Positions 1-7,483 of a stretch of DNA of 64,000 nucleotides are shown piece after piece. Both the position numbers and the translations under genes were made by a program. This stretch comes from a virus (taxonomy: Duplodnaviria > Caudoviricetes). Below the pieces are notes generated by a model. It was not told the DNA's origin and did not search any database. It saw only the letters and a program-made list of their open reading frames with translations. Within the stretch, counting starts at the first letter, position 1; each line of letters begins with the position of its first letter. The DNA is taken from positions 1-64,000 of the IMG/VR virus record IMGVR_UViG_3300008111_000023; one strand, 5' to 3'.

Positions 1-2563
1 CTCCTGCTTTAGATGAAATTTGTTTTTTACCGTAGCTAGTACCACCTACTTTATCCCATCCAACAGTTCCGCTGCCTCGACCACCCGATTCATATTTCTC
101 TGCTACAGCTCCTAAACCTGTACCAATCGCAGATGAAGATGCCCCACCACCTCCAACTGCCGATGCTCCAGGTTGATTAGTTGCTCCAGCAGTTTCACCT
201 TTTTGCCTACGTACCATACTATCAAACATTTTTTGAGGATTTGACAGATCAATACCAGGAACGCCACTAGGTCCAGCAGCGGCAGCTTTAGCTGCTGCTA
301 CTTCTGCTTCTTTAGCGGCAGCAACTTTGTTGGCTGCTTCAACTTCTTTTTCTTTTGCTCTTGCCGCTGCCCTACCAGCTACTGTTTCTTTTTCTTTAAC
401 TTCTGTTGCTTCAGTAGTTGCTGTTTTTGCATCTGTTTGAACTTCTTCTACACCTCTAGCTGTTCGATTTTCGGCACGTTTTGCATCTCTAACTAGTTCT
501 CGTTGTTTTAAATCTTTTCTTTCTGCAGCGATACTTTCACGACGAGCTTTTGCTTCATCCTTACTAATACCTCCAAATTTAGGTCCTAAAAATGCCAGTA
601 TAGATGTCATTAAATCTTTGAATCCCAATACAAATATATCGTATAGTTTATCGCCAACTGCTTCAAAAATAGTACCTAAGTCCCATCCCGAATTGTATAA
701 TGCTTTAAATGCTAGATATAGTGCTCCTACCACAAGAGCAATTTTTGCAAAAGGTCCCAACGCCATAAAGGATGCTACGCCCATTTTGAGTAAATTTCCT
801 GCGGCACTTAATGCATTTACTGCCATAGCTTTTAACGGTGCTAGACTCAGTGTTATACCTAATGTTTGTAATGATTGTTTTAAGGTAGCTAGTGCTATTA
901 TACCCTTGTAGGCCAAAAATGATCCAATCAATATGCCACCTGCAACTACTATGTTATCAAAGTTATCTACTACATAACGAAATGCTGGAACTACAACAAG
1001 TTCTACAACGTCAACTAGAGTTCGAAATGATTCCATCATTATGTCTAACAATCCGCTGTTAGCTAAAAACTTAGTAAACTCATTGCTTGTTTCTGCAATT
1101 TTATTTTTATATGCCTCCATGCTTGCTGGATCTAGCTGCTTGTCTTTTAATTCTTTTTCTTTGGCTGCACGTTCGGCTGCGGTCTTTTGTTGTTCGGCCT
1201 GGATCTGGCCCATAGTTTTTTCTCTGGCTGCGGCATCGGCTGCTCCTACAAAAAATCTTTTACTAGCTTCATCACCATGCAATGCCATATTTTCAGCAAC
1301 ACCCGATTTTACAAAAGCCTTTACTTCATTTTGATAGGCAGCATTAAGTTGTTGTGCTTGATTTGCTCCCATTTTACCTGTGGTACGAATCTGCTGATTC
1401 AACTGCATCATGTTTCTAGCACTTTGAGGCAAGAATGCCAATGCTTTTTTACCTGCTTCGGATGTAGCTGTACCTGTGGCAATAATTTCTTTCATGCCTT
1501 CTTGATGCTCTGCTGGTATAGAGTCCATTAAGGAATGCAAATTTTTCTGGCTTTCGGCATCTAACTTGCTAGCAATCAAACGGAACTGCGCATCTTTCAT
1601 CCTAGCATTACGCTGATCTTCTAATTCTTTTTTGCTTTGACCTGTTAACTTTGTCAGTGCATCAAGATCTTTTAAGTATGATCCGGTCTGAGCTATCAAT
1701 TGACTATTGCTCATTCCTTGCAATGCTCCGGTCTTGGCTAACTGGGCTGCATAAGATGCCATACCTTCGTTAATAGCTTCAGTTGAATAGCCTAGTCGAT
1801 TGAGATCTCCTGCTAATGGAGTTCCTTTAATTTGTTTACCTAGTGCTGCTAATCGTCTTGCACCTGCTTCACTATCACCACCTAACAATGCAAGGTCTTT
1901 ACCAGTCTTAGCAAGAATTCCACTAAACTGTTCAAATGTTAATCCAGCACCAGTTGCTGCATCCATCATCTCAGTCATGCTGCCGCCAAAGTTTGCACCG
2001 ACACTGGCAGATTTCTTAAATGCTTCATAGGTTTTTTCAGCAGCTCCTGCTACCGCACCAAACATAGAACCTAGTACGCCTCCTACAATTGGTATTTGAG
2101 TAAACACCTGAGCAGTTGAAGTTAGACTATCTCCAAGATTTGCCAAAGAACTCAACATGCCAGTCATACCAGTAGCCAAACTAGACACCGTTGATCCTAA
2201 CTGAGACAGTTTGCCCGCAACAAAATTCATTTGATCGAGCTGTTTTTGTTGGGCTTTTAATTTTGCCTCATCTGCCTCCTTGAGTTTTTTATCAATCTCA
2301 AGTTGTTTATTATCCGCTTCTAGCTTTTTTTTCTGAGCTTCAGTAAGTTTATCTTGCGCTGCCTGTTGCTTTTTGGCTGCTGCCGCAAGTTTCTTTAATT
2401 CTTTTTCAAGTTCTTGTTGTGATTTTGCCTGTGCAGCTTTATCTTTACCAGTATTATTGGCAATAACAGTCATGGCCGCAAGAAGTTGCTTTAGTGTAGC
2501 CTCCGTGGCTGCATTGTTTAATTGTATTGGCTGTCCGCCAAAATCACCAGTAACTTCTGCCAT
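1..2563 (-). CDS. Tape-measure-like tail protein with a C-terminal peptidoglycan hydrolase (VgrG3-C-like) domain; 3' end lies outside the window
   Basis: Not in the ORF track because it is open at the edge. ATG at 2563 (MAEVTGDFGGQPIQLNNAATEATLKQLLAAM...), then long Ala/Gly/Lys/Gln-rich helical sequence. The same frame at 130..2 reads AIGTGLGAVAEKYESGGRGSGTVGWDKVGGTSYGKKQISSKAG (YESG...GG.SYG..Q muramidase-like motif). Frame checked at several points, not codon by codon. Confidence 0.8.
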   Translation of the reverse strand, partial: MAEVTGDFGGQPIQLNNAATEATLKQLLAAMTVIANNTGKDKAAQAKSQQELEKELKKLAAAAKKQQAAQDKLTEAQKKKLEADNKQLEIDKKLKEADEAKLKAQQKQLDQMNFVAGKLSQLGSTVSSLATGMTGMLSSLANLGDSLTSTAQVFTQIPIVGGVLGSMFGAVAGAAEKTYEAFKKSASVGANFGGSMTEMMDAATGAGLTFEQFSGILAKTGKDLALLGGDSEAGARRLAALGKQIKGTPLAGDLNRLGYSTEAINEGMASYAAQLAKTGALQGMSNSQLIAQTGSYLKDLDALTKLTGQSKKELEDQRNARMKDAQFRLIASKLDAESQKNLHSLMDSIPAEHQEGMKEIIATGTATSEAGKKALAFLPQSARNMMQLNQQIRTTGKMGANQAQQLNAAYQNEVKAFVKSGVAENMALHGDEASKRFFVGAADAAAREKTMGQIQAEQQKTAAERAAKEKELKDKQLDPASMEAYKNKIAETSNEFTKFLANSGLLDIMMESFRTLVDVVELVVVPAFRYVVDNFDNIVVAGGILIGSFLAYKGIIALATLKQSLQTLGITLSLAPLKAMAVNALSAAGNLLKMGVASFMALGPFAKIALVVGALYLAFKALYNSGWDLGTIFEAVGDKLYDIFVLGFKDLMTSILAFLGPKFGGISKDEAKARRESIAAERKDLKQRELVRDAKRAENRTARGVEEVQTDAKTATTEATEVKEKETVAGRAAARAKEKEVEAANKVAAAKEAEVAAAKAAAAGPSGVPGIDLSNPQKMFDSMVRRQKGETAGATNQPGASAVGGGGASSSAIGTGLGAVAEKYESGGRGSGTVGWDKVGGTSYGKKQISSKAG

Positions 2564-2589
2564 TTAGTTTAGACCTTGAAAACTGCGCA

Positions 2590-2597
2590 TATAAATA
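2590..2597 (+). promoter_or_regulatory. T4-type late promoter TATAAATA for the gp26-like gene
   Basis: Exact T4 gp55 consensus 33 nt before the ATG at 2631, which has a GGAG RBS. Confidence 0.75.
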
Positions 2598-2612
2598 TAC
2601 GACTAGATAAAG

Positions 2613-2619
2613 TATTTAT
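2613..2619 (-). promoter_or_regulatory. Late promoter ATAAATA for the tape-measure-like gene
   Basis: Plus-strand tatttat about 50 nt upstream of the ATG at 2563. The same motif precedes other structural genes. Confidence 0.55.
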
Positions 2620-2630
2620 CGGAGATAAAA

Positions 2631-3497
2631 ATGCCAGATCAAACAATGCCGCAACCTGTTAAAAAACACAATCCACTTGCTAATTATTTTAGGCAACCCA
2701 AGTTGTATATGAAACTTCCCAGTCACGGACGCTTCTATCCAGAAGGCTCATTAGATCGCAGCGAGATCGACGAATACCCAGTCTATGCTATGACTGCTAA
2801 AGATGAGTTAATGTTTAAAACACCTGATGCTCTAATGAACGGTCAGGCCACTGTGGAAGTTATTCGGAGCTGTGTACCTGCTATTAAAGAACCGTGGCTA
2901 ATGCCTAGTCTAGATTTAGATGCAGTACTTATTGCCATTCGAATTGCCACTTACGGCGAGCAAATGGATATTAATTCTAGCTGTCCAGAATGTAAACACT
3001 TTAACGAGTTTTCAATGAACCTCGTTCAGTATCTTGACGAAATTGCGCAAACTGATTATAATACCGAAGTTAATGTACCTCCATTGAGCGTGCATATTAG
3101 ACCGTACAGCTACAAAGAAATTAGTAAGGCTGCTATTAAAGGTCTAGAACAACAAAAAATATTCAGTATCGTTAACGACGAAACAATGCCTGATGAGGAA
3201 AAAATTGAAAAATTTGGAGAAAGTTTTGTTAAATTAACTCAACTTACTGTAGACGTTGTTGCAGGTTGTATTACAAAAATTATCACTCCCGAAGGTGAAG
3301 TTGAAGATCCTGCATTAATTAAAGAGTTTGTAGAGAATGCTCCTAGCGATATTTTCAATTCTATTAATGAACGAGTGCTGACTCTAAAAGAGCAGATGGC
3401 ATTAAAAGCACAGAACGTAGAATGTACAGAATGTCATCATAAATGGAATGTTGAAGTAACAATGGATCAAACAAATTTTTTCGGCAAAGGATCTTAA
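2631..3497 (+). CDS. Baseplate hub / tail assembly chaperone, T4 gp26-like
   Basis: 288 aa with LPS.G.FY, MTAKDELMFKTPDALMNG and LD.VLIAIRIATYGE, plus two CxxC pairs (CPEC, CTEC). Ends NFFGKGS. Confidence 0.75.
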   Translation: MPDQTMPQPVKKHNPLANYFRQPKLYMKLPSHGRFYPEGSLDRSEIDEYPVYAMTAKDELMFKTPDALMNGQATVEVIRSCVPAIKEPWLMPSLDLDAVLIAIRIATYGEQMDINSSCPECKHFNEFSMNLVQYLDEIAQTDYNTEVNVPPLSVHIRPYSYKEISKAAIKGLEQQKIFSIVNDETMPDEEKIEKFGESFVKLTQLTVDVVAGCITKIITPEGEVEDPALIKEFVENAPSDIFNSINERVLTLKEQMALKAQNVECTECHHKWNVEVTMDQTNFFGKGS

Positions 3498-3519
3498 CAC
3501 TGCCTCAGGCTGAGATCCT
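3473..3519 (+). other. Predicted -1 programmed ribosomal frameshift signal (slippery site plus stem-loop)
   Basis: In-frame overlapping heptamers A AAT TTT (3473-3479) and T TTT TTC (3476-3482). After a 5-nt spacer, a 9-bp stem AGGATCTTA (3488-3496) / TGAGATCCT (3511-3519) with an inner GCC-TCA-GGC hairpin. Confidence 0.7.
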
Positions 3520-3709
3520 AGAATATGTTAAGTCGTTGGAAAAAGAGGCTGTGGCTATTAAGAAAGATGCACTTAAAATATGTTGGTATATGAGAGGTAT
3601 GAGTTATGAAGAGGCTATGAATCTCAGCTACGAAGAACGTTCACTTGTTGGAGAAATTATCAAAGACAATTTAGAAACTACTAAGAAAAGCGGATTACCG
3701 TTCTTCTAA
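3482..3709 (+). CDS. gp51-like / tail chaperone 'GT-like' extension in the -1 frame of the gp26-like gene
   Basis: Missed by the ORF track. Open -1 frame RQRILTLPQAEILEYVKSLEKEAVAIKKDALKICWYMRGMSYEEAMNLSYEERSLVGEIIKDNLETTKKSGLPFF*, with no ATG near its 5' end. It fills the gap up to the terminator. Confidence 0.7.
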   Translation, partial: RQRILTLPQAEILEYVKSLEKEAVAIKKDALKICWYMRGMSYEEAMNLSYEERSLVGEIIKDNLETTKKSGLPFF

Positions 3710-3711
3710 TA

Positions 3712-3737
3712 AAAAAGGACTCCTAGGAGTCCTTTTT
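3712..3737. terminator. Bidirectional intrinsic terminator
   Basis: Perfect palindrome AAAAAGGACTCCTAGGAGTCCTTTTT between convergent genes, giving U-tracts on both strands. Confidence 0.9.
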
Positions 3738-3742
3738 GTTTG

Positions 3743-5011
3743 TTAACGCTTTCTAAACAAACTGAAACTTTCTGAAACTTTCTCTCTAACTTTAGTTGGC
3801 TTTGAAGTTCCCATAATATTTCTACGGTCAGCATCAATCGATTCTTGAGCAGCTGGTGCTGCTGCCTTTGCTTTCATTCCTTTTCTAATTTTACCTAATG
3901 TATTCGAACCGTATTCTGCTTGTTTACGAACAGCATTAAGTGCTTGTCCAGGTAATGGTTTACCGGTTTCTTTGTCAAATGTTGGCTCACCAATATTGGT
4001 CGCACGTTTGAGTCCTACAGTGGCTACAGGATTTGCAATAACTTTTTCACCGCTTGGTGAAGTTGTGGTTGCTCCAGGTTCAGCAGCTGGTTTAGGATTT
4101 GGTTTACCAGTTTTAGTATCGAATCCGTATGGTGCTTCTGCTTTGGCAGCTTCGCGATTCTTTTTCATCTGTGCAGGGCTTGCTACACCAGTTTGTGTGT
4201 TGTAGTTTGGTTCATCAGCTGCTGGTGCTGCTGGCTCAGTTGTTGCTGCTGGTGCAGGTTGAGTCGGTGCTGAAGCAGCAGGCGCAGCATTTGGATTACC
4301 TGGTTTAGCTTTGTTAGTTTTGCTAGTAGGAGTATTGGCCATTGTATTAGGCTTTGCAGATGCTCCTGCTTTTGCCAATTGTCCTGCCATGTTAGCCATT
4401 GCACCACTATCAGCTGGAGCTTCTGCGCCACCTGCTGCCGGTTTTGCAGCAGGAGCCGCTGGCTTAGCGGCAGGAGCAGCACCTACTTCTTTTTGTAATG
4501 TTGCTAAAATTCTTTGCTTGCCTTTCTTATCAAGTTTGTCAATATTTGCTTTAACTTGAGCATAGGCGGTACCACCTGCTGCGGGTGCAGGTTCACTTGC
4601 CGGAGCTCCGCTTGCTGCCGGTGCCGAAGCTGCTCCACCACTTGCTGCAGGTGTAGTATTACTTGCCGGTGCTGAAGTTGCAGGTGCCGAAGCTGCTCCA
4701 CTACCTGCTGCCGTTGTTGTCTTAGTTTTTGGAGCTGCTTTAGCTGTAGGAGTTGTTCCAGCTGTTGCTGTATTGTCTGCCGGAGCTGCTCCAGCGTCTG
4801 CTGCTGGTTCGTCGCCTGCGCCTGCTACTGTGGCTTTACCTGCCTGAAATCCTTTTTTAACAGCAGACCCTAGACCTGCTACGCCGCCTGCTACTGCGCC
4901 AACACCTTTAGCAACAGTACCTGCAACTTTACCGATGCCGGCTCCAATTTTATTTAGAATAGGACCTTCGTCTAATTGGTTGTTTTCTACTAATATTTCT
5001 GTAATTTTCAT
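3743..5011 (-). CDS. Ala/Pro-rich low-complexity protein, probable internal head/ejection protein
   Basis: 422 aa. N-terminus MKITEILVENNQLDEGP has (I/L)xE motifs like T4 gp21 cleavage sites. Shares a helix with the neighbouring gene product. Confidence 0.6.
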   Translation of the reverse strand: MKITEILVENNQLDEGPILNKIGAGIGKVAGTVAKGVGAVAGGVAGLGSAVKKGFQAGKATVAGAGDEPAADAGAAPADNTATAGTTPTAKAAPKTKTTTAAGSGAASAPATSAPASNTTPAASGGAASAPAASGAPASEPAPAAGGTAYAQVKANIDKLDKKGKQRILATLQKEVGAAPAAKPAAPAAKPAAGGAEAPADSGAMANMAGQLAKAGASAKPNTMANTPTSKTNKAKPGNPNAAPAASAPTQPAPAATTEPAAPAADEPNYNTQTGVASPAQMKKNREAAKAEAPYGFDTKTGKPNPKPAAEPGATTTSPSGEKVIANPVATVGLKRATNIGEPTFDKETGKPLPGQALNAVRKQAEYGSNTLGKIRKGMKAKAAAPAAQESIDADRRNIMGTSKPTKVREKVSESFSLFRKR

Positions 5012-5012
5012 T

Positions 5013-6494
5013 TTATGAAGTTCCTAATTGTTTTTGTAGATACGCAGTAAGGCGTCGTTTACTTTTTTTATCTAGTTTAGCTAAGTCTGCTTTAACTTGA
5101 GCGTATAATGTTGCACCAGCATCCTGAGTTCCTGCACTAGATATTTTTAAAGATTTATACACAGTGTCAATGGCAGTAGTGTCTACTCCTTGACTAGTTA
5201 AAAACTTTTTAAGTTCTTCACTGTCAGTAGGTGCACCAGCTTTTTGCCAAGCTGAATTTAATTTGTCAGCGGTGATCTTGGTAGTTAAATTGGTACCAAC
5301 TGTGCGAGCTTTATCCATTGCTTTGCCAGCAAATCCTTTGATGACATCCATTGGCCCTTCGTTGAGTTGCGATTCAGTAATGCGTTTGAACACTAGATAT
5401 ACTTGTCCTTCACTTAAAGGACGAACTTGTTGTTCTATAGATTCTTTTTTAGTTAGACTGCCCTTGACCCCCGCACCGGCAACCGCACCTTGTGCAGCAG
5501 CACCGAGATATTTGGTAGCTTCTTGAGCAGCCTGTGCTGCTTGACTGATCATAGTTCTACTAGCTTGATCAGAAGCTATTTGAGCTATGTATTGTTTATC
5601 ATTAAATGTATCAGCAATCATACCTTCAAGTGACTTCCAAGTGGCTGCACTTTGTTCATAGTCGCCTGCTTTCCAATATTGTCCCGCCTCGCTAAACAAT
5701 TTTTTAGCTGTGTTTATATCTTCTGGAGTTCCTACTAGACCTTTAATTTCAAAATTAGCCCATCGTGTACCCAATTCTCCGCCAACTTCATCAAAGATCT
5801 GATTCATGTTCAAACGAAGTGCATTAGGGAACATAGTGTCCTTAACAACCTGCGCACCGCCTTTGATCGCATCGCCTAGCAATTCAAAAGTTTTACCTGC
5901 AATAAAACCGTAGGCCGCAGTTTTAATACCTTTACCAATAGCTGTTGAAAGTTTTTCACCTTTGAGTAATTCTACAGCGCCTCGCAGTACTTGACCAGCA
6001 ATTGCGCCACCAACTGGGCCTCCTGCTAATGAAGCGATTGCAGTAAGCACACCTACAATCGCTGCTGTTTTTCCAGGATTTTCTTTAGCCCATATCCCCA
6101 TTTGAGAAATACCATCTAGTATTTTGCTGTCCGGAAACTTGGTATTAATTTTATTCTTTAATTGATCAAACTTTTGATCAAAGGCTTTAACTGGAGTTGT
6201 ATCCTGTAGCCATTTACCGATATTATCAACAATCTCGTTGGCTTTTTTACCAACATCGATCCCTTTGCCTAACATGGTTCTATTACCGCCTGCGTCAGTT
6301 GCAGATTTTTCTACGGCACCAAATATAGATTTGATTTGATCAGGACTAAGGCTAGCTTCAATTAAAGGCCGTAATTCATGATAAATGCCTTCAACAACAG
6401 TACGTTGTTCTTGATCAAGGCCATGACACGATTCTAATAGAATTTTATTAGAATTATTCATATGTTGTTCAAATAATATATTGCTGATTCTCAT
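5013..6494 (-). CDS. Hypothetical virion protein, probable internal head/ejection protein
   Basis: 493 aa with ILLES, LIEAS and QLNEGP motifs and a Gly/Ala hydrophobic segment. A late-promoter motif lies upstream. Confidence 0.6.
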   Translation of the reverse strand: MRISNILFEQHMNNSNKILLESCHGLDQEQRTVVEGIYHELRPLIEASLSPDQIKSIFGAVEKSATDAGGNRTMLGKGIDVGKKANEIVDNIGKWLQDTTPVKAFDQKFDQLKNKINTKFPDSKILDGISQMGIWAKENPGKTAAIVGVLTAIASLAGGPVGGAIAGQVLRGAVELLKGEKLSTAIGKGIKTAAYGFIAGKTFELLGDAIKGGAQVVKDTMFPNALRLNMNQIFDEVGGELGTRWANFEIKGLVGTPEDINTAKKLFSEAGQYWKAGDYEQSAATWKSLEGMIADTFNDKQYIAQIASDQASRTMISQAAQAAQEATKYLGAAAQGAVAGAGVKGSLTKKESIEQQVRPLSEGQVYLVFKRITESQLNEGPMDVIKGFAGKAMDKARTVGTNLTTKITADKLNSAWQKAGAPTDSEELKKFLTSQGVDTTAIDTVYKSLKISSAGTQDAGATLYAQVKADLAKLDKKSKRRLTAYLQKQLGTS

Positions 6495-6516
6495 AAGTAT
6501 TCAAAGATTAATATGT

Positions 6517-6523
6517 TATTTAT
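6517..6523 (-). promoter_or_regulatory. Late promoter ATAAATA
   Basis: Motif 22 nt upstream of the ATG at 6494. Confidence 0.55.
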
Positions 6524-6529
6524 TGTAAT

Positions 6530-6619
6530 TGTGAGCTGAAGCTCACATTCGTTTTCGCTTTCGCTCAACGAATTTTCTTTCTTCTAAACATTGTTGATTA
6601 TAATAATTGCGAAGCAATT
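6530..6619. other. Cluster of three short hairpins
   Basis: TGTGAGC-TGAA-GCTCACA (6530-6547); ATTCGTT...AACGAAT (6547-6573) enclosing GCGAAAGC on the minus strand; AATTGC-GAA-GCAATT (6605-6619). Confidence 0.6.
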
Positions 6620-6901
6620 TAAGTATTATGCAGATTGTTCAGTCATACTTAGCCCTTGCGGGCTAAGAAGCATTATGCGAGTTGCACAGTACATACAGCG
6701 TTATGGCAATTACAGAGGCGGTCATCCGGTACCTCGAGCCACGTCTTATTAATGACGGCGGATTGCTACACAAACGCAGTCTTGCATAACAACCGTGGGT
6801 TTTTCTCCCATCTTTTAGCCTTGATATAATACTTTCTTGTACAGTAAACCGGTTCTGTAGGCATATCCGATCGTGGTCCTGTTAAGGATACTACTGTACA
6901 A
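6620..6901 (-). ncRNA. Candidate large structured non-coding RNA, family not recognised
   Basis: Relatively GC-rich, with no ORF of its own and at least 8 nested helices. A GCAA tetraloop hairpin (6648-6667) and a G-U-rich stem (about 6759-6795) form well only on the minus strand. Confidence 0.65.
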
Positions 6902-7252
6902 TTTGTGATTAAATTGTTCTCTAGCTTCTATGTAAGAGCATTGCGCCTTGGATGTACAGTAAAATAATATGTCTCTACGGAAATTTTCTTTGCCTAATTG
7001 TTCCACATCCTTGCTTAATTCAACGTTTGACCCGTAATAATCACGCCAATCGCTGTCTATTTTAGAACGTATCTTCTTTTTCTTCTTGTTGCCGTTTTTG
7101 AGTTTTACTGTTTTGTAGCTAGTTTTTGAGAATTTGGCTAGTTTTTTGCCTATGTATTTCCTGCCAGTAATATTATTAGTAATAAGATAAACGAATCCTA
7201 CGCAAGTTTCGGGTAGCTCTTCTATTAACTGATTTTCATAATACCATGACAT
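6815..7252 (-). CDS. GIY-YIG endonuclease (Seg-like), C-terminus apparently truncated or replaced
   Basis: GFVYLITNNITGRKYIGKK, YYGS and the catalytic Glu in YIEAREQF. The expected downstream YN motif is absent, and the last 28 codons run through the structured element. Confidence 0.8.
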   Translation of the reverse strand: MSWYYENQLIEELPETCVGFVYLITNNITGRKYIGKKLAKFSKTSYKTVKLKNGNKKKKKIRSKIDSDWRDYYGSNVELSKDVEQLGKENFRRDILFYCTSKAQCSYIEAREQFNHKLYSSILNRTTIGYAYRTGLLYKKVLYQG

Positions 7253-7483
7253 TCACTTAGTTATTGTCTTGGGCCTTCCTATCATGCCTTTTCTGGATCT
7301 TTTGCGTTCTTCACGCTTTGCCTGTATTTCTACCCTGCGGGTGCTTGCTTCGTTGCGTATTTCACTTAGCCAATATCGTGCCTTAATGCCTGCTTCGTCT
7401 GAGCCTTTATATTCAAATCGTTCCTGCCACTTAAAATATTCCTGAAAAGCAGCAATCATTTTGTCGTGGCTTTCTGTAGTCAA
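7253..7483 (-). CDS. Small basic protein, Hc1 / histone H1-like nucleoid protein
   Basis: KGSDEAGIKARYWLSEIR resembles the Hc1-family KG.KAAG.RAR..L.E pattern, with a basic tail. TTG start overlaps the gp46 stop. Confidence 0.5.
   Translation of the reverse strand: MTTESHDKMIAAFQEYFKWQERFEYKGSDEAGIKARYWLSEIRNEASTRRVEIQAKREERKRSRKGMIGRPKTITK

Noticed and set aside
618-2567. Several plus-strand ORFs of 64-114 aa
   Set aside because: Antisense shadows of the long minus-strand tape-measure-like frame; no RBS or recognisable motifs.
3972-4850. GCT/GCA-rich quasi-repeats and short overlapping ORFs
   Set aside because: Explained by Ala/Pro-rich coding in 3743-5011. There is no fixed-length repeat-spacer pattern, so this is not a CRISPR array.
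6495-6901. Group I/II intron, tRNA, tmRNA or RNase P as the identity of the structured region
   Set aside because: I could not find group I P7 (R/S) elements, a group II domain V, a T-loop/CCA end or the RNase P GAGGAAAGUCC motif, and no interrupted host gene flanks it. This was judged by eye, so an Rfam scan is still needed.
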